Assembly: GCF_001194135.2 (NCBI RefSeq)
Contig: NC_068989.1
Span: forward strand, 12,141,798 to 12,205,797
Direction: 5' to 3'
Origin: Octopus bimaculoides
Lineage: Eukaryota
Length of the DNA: 64,000 nucleotides
Made by a program: the position numbers and the translations under genes. Of the stretch, positions 1 through 11,789 are shown one piece after another. Position 1 is the first letter of the stretch. The number at the start of each line of letters is the position of its first letter. Below the pieces are notes generated by a model. It was given only the letters and a program-made list of their open reading frames with translations. It was not told where the DNA came from and ran no database searches.

Positions 1-68
<68 letters not shown>
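1..68. repeat. (ATAG)n tetranucleotide microsatellite, cut by window start
   Basis: Pure ATAG units from base 1. Confidence 0.95.
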
Positions 69-69
<1 letters not shown>

Positions 70-609
70 CATATACATAGAAAATAGATAAACAGATATA
101 CGTGTGGTTTTTGTGTGCGAGCATCTTTCACCGACGTACATTGCCGTGAAAGCGGAAACACGATTGTTTTAAACATGTACCGAGTCTTACTATAGAATTG
201 ACTTAAGTATTGAGTCAGCATTGCCTGCATCAAAATAACTGCGCAATTTCCCACTGTCTTTAATTCTCAACAGTGTTCCCGTAATTAGTCACCGTGATGA
301 TGAGATTGAAACAGTCAATAACCACATGGTACAAGCGTTAATTCAACTAAAGTGAAATGATTTGAATACTGGCATTAAGAAATTACGAGTACACTAACAT
401 TAAAAAGATGAATAATTCCTTACCATTACAAAATGACTGATGAAAATCCTTTAAAATTACAAGGGCAATGATTCCTTAAGCTTATTATGTCATGCACCCA
501 GAGGAACTGTCTGATTAATCTTTTGCTCAACCCTTTATAATAGTAGTATCACAGGAGAAGATGAAAAAATCATCATAACCAGCAATATAAGCTGTGAGTT
601 TTCATCGCA

Positions 610-838
610 TAATAATAATAATAATCCTTTCTACTATAGGCACGAGACCTGAAATTTGGTGGGAGGGCGCCAGTCGATTACATTGATCGCATTATGCAAC
701 TGGTACGTAATTTATCGACTCCGAAAGGATGAAAGGCAAAGTCGACCTCGGTGGAATTTGAACTCAGAACGTAGCGACGGACAAAATAGTGACAAGCATT
801 CCGTCCAGCGTGCTAATGTCTCTGGCAGCTCGCCGCCT
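610..838 (-). mobile_element. SINE family A monomer with (TTA)n tail
   Basis: Reverse complement begins AGGCGGCGAGCTGCCAGAG (A-box-like), has GAGTTCAAATTCC B-box, the GAGGTCGACTTTGCCTTTCATCCTTTCGGAGTCGATAAA core seen in many copies here, and ends in TTA repeats. Confidence 0.9.
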
Positions 839-1774
839 CAAAATTACATATAATAATGTGGAGCAGTGCATTTTTTGTTGTGCTTAATAGAACAAACCTG
901 TTCGTAATAATTATTAAATGTATTCTGAATTTTAATAAATTACGTTTATTACTATTCCTAGGGGGTGCACGACCTTAGTTTAGAGATCTATTACAGGATT
1001 TGTGCATTTGTATTACGAACTAATGTTGCATTTCAAAGTAATGTATATCCATGAATGTATGGCCTTATGCTAGTTTTTGCCAGGATCGAGCCCCCTTACA
1101 AGAAATGATGCTCAACCGAATGGCCTGTTAGGTGTAAACTCAGCAAAAGAGAGTAAAAAGATGTTATATCTTGGTGCTGTATTTACCACGAACGTGATTT
1201 TAATATACATTACTCTACGTTTTCACTACTGTGTGTGTATCATCTGCATATTTTGCATTTATTGAGATCATATACATAACCTAATAGAGAGCATACACTG
1301 TACTGTACCATACAGCTGGGCAAACTTTCTAGAATCACAAGGAAAATCGTATTTTCCATAGAACAAAGACAGACAAGTTTCTAAATAAGATGATGATGGT
1401 TAACTACTCACACAGATATCCTTTCTGCAGAAATAGTTGGAGAAACGGATCGCAACTTTGCAACGAAGTGACTGTAGATGGAATATGCAAATAAAGAAAG
1501 TTACGGATTTTCTTTGCTTGAGTAGATCGATTATTTATGAGATAAAGAAAACGGACAATGTCGGTGTGTGTTTCTTTCCACTAAAGCCCATGTTGAAGGT
1601 CTCAATACTTGGACGCCAATCCGATTAACATTACTAATGATCCCACATTCTTCGACTATTTGCAGAGAAGATGGCGATTATCAAATACAATTACAGTCTT
1701 TCGAAACGTCAAATAATGATATCAACGCACTCCAGTGCCTACTTCCAAGCATTATCTTTTGTTCTTTCATGTGA

Positions 1775-1775
<1 letters not shown>

Positions 1776-1832
<57 letters not shown>

Positions 1833-1865
1833 TTTACTATTACTGTTGTTGTTGTTATTATTATG

Positions 1866-1904
<39 letters not shown>

Positions 1905-1923
1905 TTTACTATTACTGTTGTTG

Positions 1924-1985
<62 letters not shown>

Positions 1986-2018
1986 TTTACTATTACTGTT
2001 GTTGTTGTTATTATTATG

Positions 2019-2057
<39 letters not shown>

Positions 2058-2144
2058 TTTACTATTACTGTTGTTGTTGTTATTATTATTATTATTATTA
2101 TTGTTATTATTATTATTGATATTATTATTATTATTATTATTATT
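1776..2144. repeat. (ATT)n/(GTT)n compound microsatellite with higher-order periodicity
   Basis: TTTTTACTATTACTGTTGTTGTTG interruption recurs with spacings 72, 81, 72 bp. Confidence 0.9.
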
Positions 2145-3157
2145 TATCGTCATGTTTTCAACAGTTTTACGTGATTTTCTACTGCATCATCATCATCATG
2201 TATTTCTGAGGTGCGTGTAGCATTGTCTTTCGGGATGCAGAATAATGTTTGTTCATTACATCTGTATTGCATCGCTATGAGATTTGTTGTGCGTGGTTCA
2301 TTTTGTGTGATTTTACGCTATTTTTCGCTATTTTTCGCCATTCATTTGTTGTGTAGAATATGTGTGATTCGAGGTGTGTTATTTTGTAGGGTGATTTTAT
2401 ATTTTATTCCATGTTTGCTGTGTGGATTATGTTATAGCATTGGGTGTCCATTGCATAAATTCGTGTTGTGTAAGTTGCTGTTATCATGAAAGAGGTGACG
2501 TGTTCTATGAGCATCTCTCCGCTGCTTTTACCAAAACCTCCACCCTCGCCATCGTCAACTACAGAGCTTAGCAATAAATGCAGCAATAAAAGAAGACATA
2601 CCCCCCCCCCACTTACCCCCAACCACCACGACTCAACAACAACAACAGCCGCAGGAATATTACTATAGACATGTATGCAAAGGGTCTGATTGAGAAACCT
2701 CTCAACCAAAAACGAAATTTTTAAGATATGTCAGAAAACACATATGTAAGTTCAATCTCATTCGATCCTACAAAGAAAAGAGCTCTCGATAACGACCAGA
2801 AAGCGTCCTTAAAATAGGAGCCAAAACAAATAGTGAAGTGAACAAATGAAGAAGGTAAGAGAAAAAACAAACAACAGTGGTCTCCCAGCAAGGAACTCTG
2901 CGTCTGGAGCGACGGACTTCGATGTCTCTTTATACTCTGTTGTACTTCTATATCATTGACACAATTCGTCATCATAATGGTGCTGCGAATGACCGATTTA
3001 AACAGATGAAATATCAATCGATTATGGTGGTTATACGATGGTCAAGGAAAGATATAAGCAAAGCTGAAAACGATGGCATAGAACAAATTCCAAGGTCTGA
3101 ATCTTTGGAGCCCGAAATGAAACAGAAAATCGACAACAGTGGTGTTAATTGAAACAC

Positions 3158-3315
3158 TCAATTATTTCCTGATGAGGTCGATTTTGCCTTTCTTCCTCCT
3201 GGGATCGATAAAATAAGCACGAGTTGAACGCTGAGGTCGGTGTAATCGACTTATCTCATCCCCCGAAATTGCTGGTCTTGTGCCAGAATTTGAAATGATT
3301 ATTATTATCATTATT
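3158..3315 (+). mobile_element. 5'-truncated diverged SINE family A
   Basis: GAGGTCGATTTTGCCTTTCTTCCTCCTGGGATCGATAAAATAAGCAC and GTAATCGACTT match the A core; ends in ATT repeats. Confidence 0.75.
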
Positions 3316-3502
3316 ATTATTGGTGTTTCTTGTTATTATTCCTATTTTTGATATTCTTTTATTCTTGTTGTTATTCTTGTTTCTGCTGAGAATGTTGATG
3401 ATGATGATATTTGGGGCTACGATTGACAGCACTGGTGAAACGACTTAAGCAGCAACGATACCTGTGACAACGTTTATAAGTGTATTTTGTGATGGTAACA
3501 TC

Positions 3503-3932
3503 GTAGTAGTAGTAGTAGTAGTAGTAGAGGAGGAAGAAGGAGGCGGAGAATAATAAGATGGGGAAGAAGAAAGAAGGAGAAGAAGATGATGATGATGATG
3601 ATGATAATGATTAAGATGAAGATGAAAAAGAGAAAGAAGGAGAGGAGGAGAAGAAGAAGATGAAGGAGAAGGGGAAAAAGAAGAAAAAAGAGAAAGAAGG
3701 GGGGAGATGAAAAAGGGAAAGAAGAAGGAGGAGGAGAAGAAGAAGAAAATGAAGAAGAAGAAGAAGAAGCAGTGGATAAAGAAGAAGAAGATGAGATGAA
3801 GGAGAAGAGGAAAAAGAGAAAAAAGGAGGAGAAGAAGAAGAAGAAGAAGAAGAAGAAGAAGAAGAAGAAGAAGAAGAAAATGAAGAAAAAGAAGAAGAAA
3901 AAGCAGAAGGAAATGAAGAAAAATAAGAAGAA

Positions 3933-3963
<31 letters not shown>

Positions 3964-3990
3964 AAGAAGAAGAAGAAGAAGAAGAAGAAG
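3503..3990. repeat. Purine-rich compound (GTA)/(GAT)/(GAA)n tract
   Basis: Visible triplet arrays; explains the poly-K/L/F ORFs. Confidence 0.9.
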
Positions 3991-4288
3991 AATGACAATG
4001 AAGAAAGAGACGTGGAAACAGATTTGCAAGGTGATGTGGTAATTATTAGCTAAAAAGAAAAAAGAAATCTATTTCATGACAATATAGTATTGTAAATCCG
4101 ATGGGTAATAGAGAATGATGTTTTTTAAAATTGGAATTGTTGACAGAGGAGAATTTTATGATGAGAAGAGGGAAATAACTTACTCATAAATTAAACACAA
4201 AACACAAAATTGGAAACAGCAATAGTTACATACGTATATATGTCTATACATATGTATATACATATATACATACTCATATACATGCATG

Positions 4289-4328
<40 letters not shown>

Positions 4329-5209
4329 TGCATATATACATGCATACGTATATATGATTATATATACTATACAGATATAAATGTATATATGTATTTATAT
4401 ACANNNNNNNNNNNNNNNNNNNNNNNNNNNNNNNNNNNNNNNNNNNNNNNNNNNNNNNNNNNNNNNNNNNNNNNNNNNNNNNNNNNNNNNNNNNNNNNNN
4501 NNNNNNNNNNNNNNNNNNNNNNNNNNNNNNNNNNNNNNNNNNNNNNNNNNNNNNNNNNNNNNNNNNNNNNNNNNNNNNNNNNNNNNNNNNNNNNNNNNNN
4601 NNNNNNNNNNNNNNNNNNNNNNNNNNNNNNNNNNNNNNNNNNNNNNNNNNNNNNNNNNNNNNNNNNNNNNNNNNNNNNNNNNNNNNNNNNNNNNNNNNNN
4701 NNNNNNNNNNNNNNNNNNNNNNNNNNNNNNNNNNNNNNNNNNNNNNNNNNNNNNNNNNNNNNNNNNNNNNNNNNNNNNNNNNNNNNNNNNNNNNNNNNNN
4801 NNNNNNNNNNNNNNNNNNNNNNNNNNNNNTATATATATATATATATATTTACATTTATAAACGAATATGTATAGATACGTAAGTATTTATGTGTCTATAA
4901 AACATGTAAGAAGAAAGCATAAAAAAAATACAAAGAATATAAATAAAATAATCTCTAGTGCTTAGTGAAATGAATCTGCCCAGAGTTTTATTACATCAGT
5001 AATCAATAGCTATAACGTAAATTACACAACGCACACCTTGCTTTTTTGTTTCCTATGAGATGTAACGATAGGAAATCCTGAATGATGGCGCGGTCCACGG
5101 TAGCTGTAATAATGATTGGCGCCTAACGTTGCTGCTGCTGCTGCTGCTGCTGCTAGGAAATGATGGCAGTAATTCTGTTGAACGATTGCGTTGTTACTTA
5201 TCTCAATGT

Positions 5210-5745
5210 CATTCCTGTTTGAAGTTGAAGAAATCTGTTATCAAAGCCGTGAGGATATTCAGCGTGAGTGGAACACAACATGGCGCGACTGTGAGGCTGG
5301 AGTAGATGACGGATGCGATGAAGGCGTTTATTATCGCCAACCGATCTCTGACAGATAGCTACCTCTCGGAGCATTTCTTTGTGAGATCCATCACCTTGCT
5401 CGTCTTCTCGCTCCAGTTCTTATCCACTTGGAGATCTGGATCAAACCTGACAACAAACAATTTAAGAAACGCTGTTATATGCTATGGGTTTTTTTACTTG
5501 TAAGTTTTTTTTTCTCATGTCACTGTTTCGTATTCCCTCTGAGAATGTGAATCCTCTCGATGTATTTGATGTCTGACACCATTTCGATGATATCAATCAC
5601 ATATGCTGGCATAGCTCTCCATAATCTTGATGTACGCAAAATACCTCATGAAACCTCCAGCTTCTGCAGCAGTGACCCAATCGCCACAACGTACAGAAAG
5701 GTCACAGGGGAAAACCTGGACGTATCGAGCATCTGATGTTGTACT
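5210..5745 (-). mobile_element. Decayed Tx1/L1-clade non-LTR retrotransposon, RT domain fragment
   Basis: Manual minus-strand translation across frameshifts gives SIRPGFPL*P(F)LYVVAIGSLLQKLE (QGCPLSP-like), AYVIDIIEMVSDIKYIERI (YADD-like; 5592-5606 encodes AYVID), FDPDLQVDKNWSE and ER*LSVRDRLAIINAFIASVIYSSLTVAPC, in RT order. Clade call is from recalled family motifs. Confidence 0.75.
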
Positions 5746-5784
5746 CTTTCGTCTGAACTTTCTCTCACTCTTTCTTCCTGTTTC

Positions 5785-5906
5785 TTGCGTAACGCTGCAA
5801 TAGACTGGCGTCCCGTCGAGGTGGTGGTGGGAACACATACGCCATAGAAACCAGGAAACCGGGCCTATGAGCCTGGCTAGGCTTGAAAAAGGGCGCATAA
5901 ATAATA
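5785..5906 (+). mobile_element. SINE family C, 3' portion
   Basis: GACTGGCGTCCCGTC and CCAGGAAACCGGGCCTATGAG match the tail of the copy at 27958-28200. Confidence 0.7.
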
Positions 5907-6211
5907 NNNNNNNNNNNNNNNNNNNNNNNNNNNNNNNNNNNNNNNNNNNNNNNNNNNNNNNNNNNNNNNNNNNNNNNNNNNNNNNNNNNNNNNNNNNNNN
6001 NNNNNNNNNNNNNNNNNNNNNNNNNNNNNNNNNNNNNNNNNNNNNNNNNNNNNNNNNNNNNNNNNNNNNNNNNNNNNNNNNNNNNNNNNNNNNNNNNNNN
6101 NNNNNNNNNATACATACATGCATACATATATACATACATACATACATACGTACATACATACACACCCATATATATATATATATATATATTATTTATGCAC
6201 CCTTTTTCAAG

Positions 6212-6248
<37 letters not shown>

Positions 6249-7384
6249 TTCTACACGCGAATGACTATATAAATACTGTATCACATGCGAATATAGTAAC
6301 TATATATATATGTTCATGTTTTGCAGAAACTGACCAGTGAAGGAACAATTCAGTGAACGGGACAATGTGGCTGTTACAGTGTAATCTAACACAACTATTA
6401 AACAATGACTATTGACAGAAGAACAAGCCATATTGAAAGAAACATTTGTAAGGGACATTCTCATTTTACCAACGGAACGGATAGTATTATATCCGTCTGT
6501 TGATCAGGGACATTATACGATTAATGCCTCCGATTATATATCAGTGCTGAAGAAGAAAATCGTCTGACCATACTTAACATATCTATTGTGGATAGCAAGC
6601 CTACTGGAATTAGCGCCATTGATTTTCTTCGCTGAAGAATTGCTGTAGGTCAGGAAGTAGAATCTGGTAGCATTGAGGAAGATAATGAATTACTATATAA
6701 GCTACCCAAATGAATTTAGCTAGAACATAAATTCAGAAGACAACTTTTAAGCAAGACAAGTTCCATCATTTACATAAATCTCATTGTATCGTATTGGTTT
6801 TGTTATTTCCCTTCTTCATGAAACTGTTGCATTTAGCCTTTCATGTATTTTTGTTTGTTTTCTTTCTTATTTTCGAATATCTTCGATTTGCAATGTAACT
6901 TTCCGCGTGATTTCAAGCAAATCTCAACCGGATAGCTTGTCTTTTATTCTATGGAGATAAAATGCCACAGCAGTATATATAACCCTGTTGATAGACTATT
7001 GTGCATCATCTCTTCGTCTTGTTAACTTAGATCCTGATGTTGGCTTGATGCTCTGAGGAATTATTGCGAAACCAAGTAACAACAAACGGCTAATCCTACA
7101 CAAACGAAAGTAGGTACTGGTGAGGTAAAAACGTTCGACAGTAATAAGCATAAATATCAGAATAAGATTACCGAGGTTTACTTTAAATTTGCGAAGTAAA
7201 TCAAAGAATTTCCTTTGGAAAGCCATTCGTGGTAGACTAGTATTTTAACATTTAAGCTATGTTTTAAAATCTCCTTTACATTACATATCAGAACTCAATG
7301 TCACTTAAGTGAACCCCCCCCCACCCCATAATGCAGTAAGAAGAATATAACACATTTGCATTGCATTAGCTCATAACTAGCTCG

Positions 7385-7454
7385 TACTCCGTCGGTAACG
7401 ACGAAGAGAGCTCCACTCGATCCGAGCAACGGAACAGCCTGTTCGGGAAATTAA
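7385..7454 (+). mobile_element. Interspersed repeat family F fragment
   Basis: GATCCGAGCAACGGAACAGCCTG matches the reverse complement of 44180-44255. Confidence 0.75.
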
Positions 7455-7550
7455 AGTACGCACTGGGGTCGATATAATCAACTTAATCCATTTATCTGTC
7501 CTTGTTTGTCCCCTCTGTGTTTAGCCCTTTGTGGGCAGTAAAGAAATAAG
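7455..7550 (+). mobile_element. SINE family A 3' half (tail type A1)
   Basis: GCACTGGGGTCGATATAATCAACTTAATCC through TGTTTGTCCCCTCTGTGTTTAGCCC and AAGAAATAAG. Confidence 0.85.
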
Positions 7551-7599
7551 GAGTAGAACTGAATATAAGCCTTCTGATTCTTGTTATTATCCTAATCAA

Positions 7600-8033
7600 A
7601 GGCGGCGAGCTGGCAGAAACGTTAGCACGCCCAGCGAAATGCTCAGCGGTATTTCGTATGCCGCTACGTTCTGAGTTCAAATTCCGCCGAGGTCGACTTT
7701 GCCTTTCATCCTTTCGGGGTCGATAAATTAAGTACCAGTTCCGCACTGGGGTCGATGTAATCGACTTAATCCCTTTGTCTGTACTTGTTTGTCTCCTCTA
7801 TGTTTAGCCCCTTGGGGGCAGTAAAGAAGAAACGTTAGCACGCCGGGTGAAATGCTTAGCGGGATTTCGTCTGTGTTTACGTTCTGAGATCAAATTCCGC
7901 CGTGGTCGACTTTGCCTTTCATCCTTTTGGGGTCGATAATTTAAGTACCAGTTGTGTACTGGGATCGATCTAATTGACCCCCCCACCGCCCCACAAAAAA
8001 AAAATTCGGGCCTTGTGCATTGAGTAGAAAAAA
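7600..8033 (+). mobile_element. Dimeric SINE A (A1 unit plus headless A2 unit) with 15-bp TSD
   Basis: Two tandem copies of the A body; TTATTATCCTAATCA at 7584-7598 and 8034-8048. Confidence 0.92.
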
Positions 8034-10463
8034 TTATTATCCTAATCAGACCCACAGAAGGAGCTTATCGCTTAAAACACTGATGAATTTTTAAAAAGGA
8101 TATCATTGCTTCAAGAGGTGAGTTGCTTCTAAAGTTACGCTAAATATATTCAGTCAGAGTTTTCCTTGGTTGGAAGTAATTTTTACCGATCTTTTCCAAT
8201 CACCTTGAATAAAGATTGGATTGTCCTAACGCTTTGCAATTCTCTTTTTCCATTTAACGTCTCAACAACATTGAGTCAGTTCCTCCTGGATCGTTCTCTC
8301 CTATTATCTTCCATTTCTGTAAATTTTATGGCATACGTAAGTGACATGTTCTCTTTTACTGATTTCACCGTATCACTGGTTATTTTTCTTCGCTGTGATA
8401 TCTTTTTCATTTCCCTTCTAAATCCATTAAGTTATTTAAAAACTACTTGGATTGCCCGATAGTCCTTCCACGTAAAATCAAGTATTATTTAAAAACAGCG
8501 TTTCGAATGCAGACAATAAAGTGCTGTTGATATAGAAAACATCATTGGACATAGTTATTGTATAGAACTGAGAACCAAAGTGTTCATATCTGATTCAAAT
8601 TGTCTGATACTTACTCAAGATAATATCACTAGCAATATAAAGTTAGCTATTATATAAAGCAATATCAATCATGGTATATGATTTGATTTTAAATATATAA
8701 GTAGAGGTATAAAATTTGATATTATATACTGCAATATAGCCAGCCATATATAATGTGATATTAATTGAAACAATATCAAACAGGAGTTCGGTTATATATT
8801 ATTTGAAGCTATATAATTAGTAATTCGTTATTTGCAATCTTTGGCGATAATACATTGAACTTATGATGTAAGGTTTCTTCATTCTCCTCATTGATGTATA
8901 ATTTGATATTTACAAATATCTATAATGATATAGGGAATCTCTAGAATAGGCGCTAAGCCAATTTTGGGGGTTTGTAGAAGTGGTGTAGTCAATTGGAACG
9001 TCCTTCATTATAAAAATCGTCTGTAATTTAGCAACGGAACACAGATTTGGTAGGAGGTGCGGACGGTTCGCTGGTGTATACCGTATTTATCCTGGAAGAA
9101 TGAAAGCCAAAATCATATTGAGTTGTATTTGAACGTAAAATGTTAAAAGGTGAAACTAAATAACGTAAAGCATTGTCAATATTTGGTACAAAAGAAATAT
9201 TTTCCAACAACCTGATGTTGTAAAAGAAAGTATGATCATCAATTCTATTGAAGATTTGTTCACCTCATTTTACTATATTTACTATTTAAAGTAAATGATT
9301 CATGTTTCGATATCGATTTTTTTTTCTTTTGTTTGAATTGGTGGATGGATGGAGATTATCTTTCATTTATTACCAATGAGAGGGGGACGTGCCACGGGGA
9401 AGTTCATAAATATACCGAATGCTGAATCTGTTTCCTTCTCTGGGCGTTACACTCTGTTTTAAAATTCTTTCTACAATAGAAGACTATAGAAATTTATAGG
9501 ATTTTCTTTTGAGAAAATATCAAAATATTGACTAACATTCCCTATACATTCTAAATTCTGAAAGAAAACCAGGTGTTAACATCCGGTGTTTCACACACAA
9601 AATTTATATTTGTTTCTTTGTCTTGTTTTTCTTTTTTTAATGCAACAGACTCTAACTTACCAATGACATTCACACTAATCACAAATGAACAAATATTATT
9701 GTTGTTCTCTTACGATAACTTTTATGTCATGCATATAAAACATTATTATTTCTACAATCCCCAATATGTCTCCATGTATTCGTATTTTTTCCAGCAAATA
9801 TCCATTATATTTGCATAGATTTTGAATAGAATCTAACCAATCACACAGTATAATGGAAATAAAAATTCTCCTTAGACCATGCTTGTGTTAATTCCAAATA
9901 TTTGTTTTGTTACAGAGCAAGTATTATTGGTTTCAAAGAACCATATCCAACAATATAATTATTGGTATCGTAATGAAATCTAGAATGTTCTCTCATATAA
10001 ATGCAAACATTTGGGTATTCAAAAATTCATGAGTCTTTTTGAAATTAAAGGTATTGACGTTGTCTAATGCATAACAATATTCAGTAGAGAATTTTACAGT
10101 TATAGCTATGATATAAAATATATATCAAGCCAGTTGGGATTGAGCATATATGCATAGGTACAGGAAAGTGTGTATTTTAGATGTATGTAGATGTGTGCGT
10201 AAAATGTTTTCAAAAGAGCGTGTCTATGTATATTTATGCGAGTGTATATTTTTGTATGTGAAAAAGTTTAGAAAGGAGTGTTCGTATGTGTTTATATTTA
10301 ACTGTAAATATTTGTCTAACAGACGTTTACAAAGCCTATATATATGTGTGTATGTGTATATGTATGTATGTGTGTATGAGTGTATATCTGTGTTAACAAC
10401 GTTTATAGATACATAGGTACACTCTTAACGTTCCAAATCATATGTTCACACCTAATGCCACAA

Positions 10464-10498
<35 letters not shown>

Positions 10499-10639
10499 NN
10501 NNNNNNNNNNNNNNNNNNNNNNNNNNNNNNNNNNNNNNNNNNNNNNNNNNNNNNNNNNNNNNNNNNNNNNNNNNNNNNNNNNNNNNNNNNNNNNNNNNNN
10601 NNNNNNNNNNNNNNNNNNNNNNNNNNNNNNNNNNNNNNN

Positions 10640-10702
<63 letters not shown>

Positions 10703-11532
10703 GCTTGTAAATAATGCATGCGATGCTATTGTTATTGGTCTATGTAAATTTGTGATTGTTATAGCCTTCGGGTAGCTGTGAATGTATTCGCGGTTTGTGA
10801 GTAGTATGGTGGTGAATCAGAAAGCGGAATGGTATTTTGTGTAAATGATGTTTGTCGGTTAATAGACTCACACAACATTTATACAGCAACTGGTGCTAAC
10901 CGTGCAGAGTTACTGAAAGTGAGTCGATATGCATTCAATATTTTGCGTAAACTATGTTTAAATTGAGCAGCAAAGTAGACCGTGTGAGTTGAGTGTTCTA
11001 GAGTAAACCGTATATAAGAAAAGGACTGTAGAGCAAGTGTTAAAAGTGTAGATTATCGTATTGTCAGTGGCAGGTAAGCATAGTGTGTATACTGTGTACT
11101 GTATAGCATATGCGTAGATGCTTAGACTGCTGCACAATATAAGGTATGTGATCATATACCAGGCTCCCGTTGTCAAATGATGATGTTGGATAGTATCTGG
11201 TGTATGACTAGAGGATTACACAGACTGTGATATATAGCTAAATGCCGCATAGGACATGGTGTAATGTTACAGCTTTATACTTTATTGGTTTATAAGTAGA
11301 TGCCTTAGTGTAAACCTGGTATGACTACGGCCTCTTACAATAGTTGGCATATGAATACAATGTAGAACAAATGGTATATGCTTAGAATTCTATATGTTTA
11401 GACTGCATAAAACTCGCCAGTCTGTAAGTATCTCGAGAGTGTCTGGAGATACAGCCAAGATATCTGGAGATACGGCCAAGTGTAGCTTTTATTTTGAGAG
11501 TAAATATAAATAAGCAAGTTAAAATGATCGCT

Positions 11533-11650
11533 TTTTTTTCTACTGTAGGCACAAGGCCCAATATTTTTGGGAAGGGTGCCAGTCGATTAGATCGACCCTA
11601 GAATGCAACTGGTACTTAATTTTATCGACCTCGAAACTATGAAAGGCAAA
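11533..11650 (-). mobile_element. SINE family A 3' fragment
   Basis: AGTCGATTAGATCGACCC, AACTGGTACTTAATTTTATCGACC and ATGAAAGGCAAAG. Confidence 0.8.
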
Positions 11651-11742
11651 GCTGGAGGGTATATCAGTCTATATACAACAAACAAGATGAGGACAAATAT
11701 CCGTCAAATGTAAATAATGTAATTCCTCATCTCTATAGAACT
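11651..11742 (+). mobile_element. Fragment of repeat E (PLE pseudo-LTR-like), HHR core lost
   Basis: GCTGGAGGGTATATCAG, GATGAGGACAAATATCCGTCAAATGTAAATAATGT and AATTCCTCATCTCT..ATAGAACT match 28279-28570. Confidence 0.85.
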
Positions 11743-11789
11743 GTACTTTTTTTATTCTTTGTTATTTTTATAACACTTCATTTGTATTT

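Noticed and set aside
1480-1560. QIKKVTDFLCLSRSIIYEIKK resembling a Tc1 HTH
   Set aside because: Too short; no TIR or further motifs.
1650-1716. GAAACGTC-AAAT with upstream ATTT, HHR-like; also CAGTCGAAAC near 54858 and GAAACACACGTA on the minus strand near 30075
   Set aside because: No recognisable CUGANGA core.
3169-3180. CTGATGAG motifs here and near 25750, 436, 8080 and 55081
   Set aside because: No downstream stem II plus GAAA; the first two are SINE A variants.
3445-4053. ORFs of poly-K/F/L, and similar ORFs at 1671-2174, 18760-19331, 20887-21666 and 60402-60818
   Set aside because: Translations of trinucleotide microsatellites; no coding signal.
5330-5447. Exon-like segment FDPDLQVDKNWSEKTSK with a good acceptor on the minus strand
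   Set aside because: In-frame TAG and continuity with LINE RT motifs.
11441-11481. About 21-bp tandem duplication TCTGGAGATAC(A/G)GCCAAG
   Set aside because: Ordinary slippage duplication; nothing further supportable.
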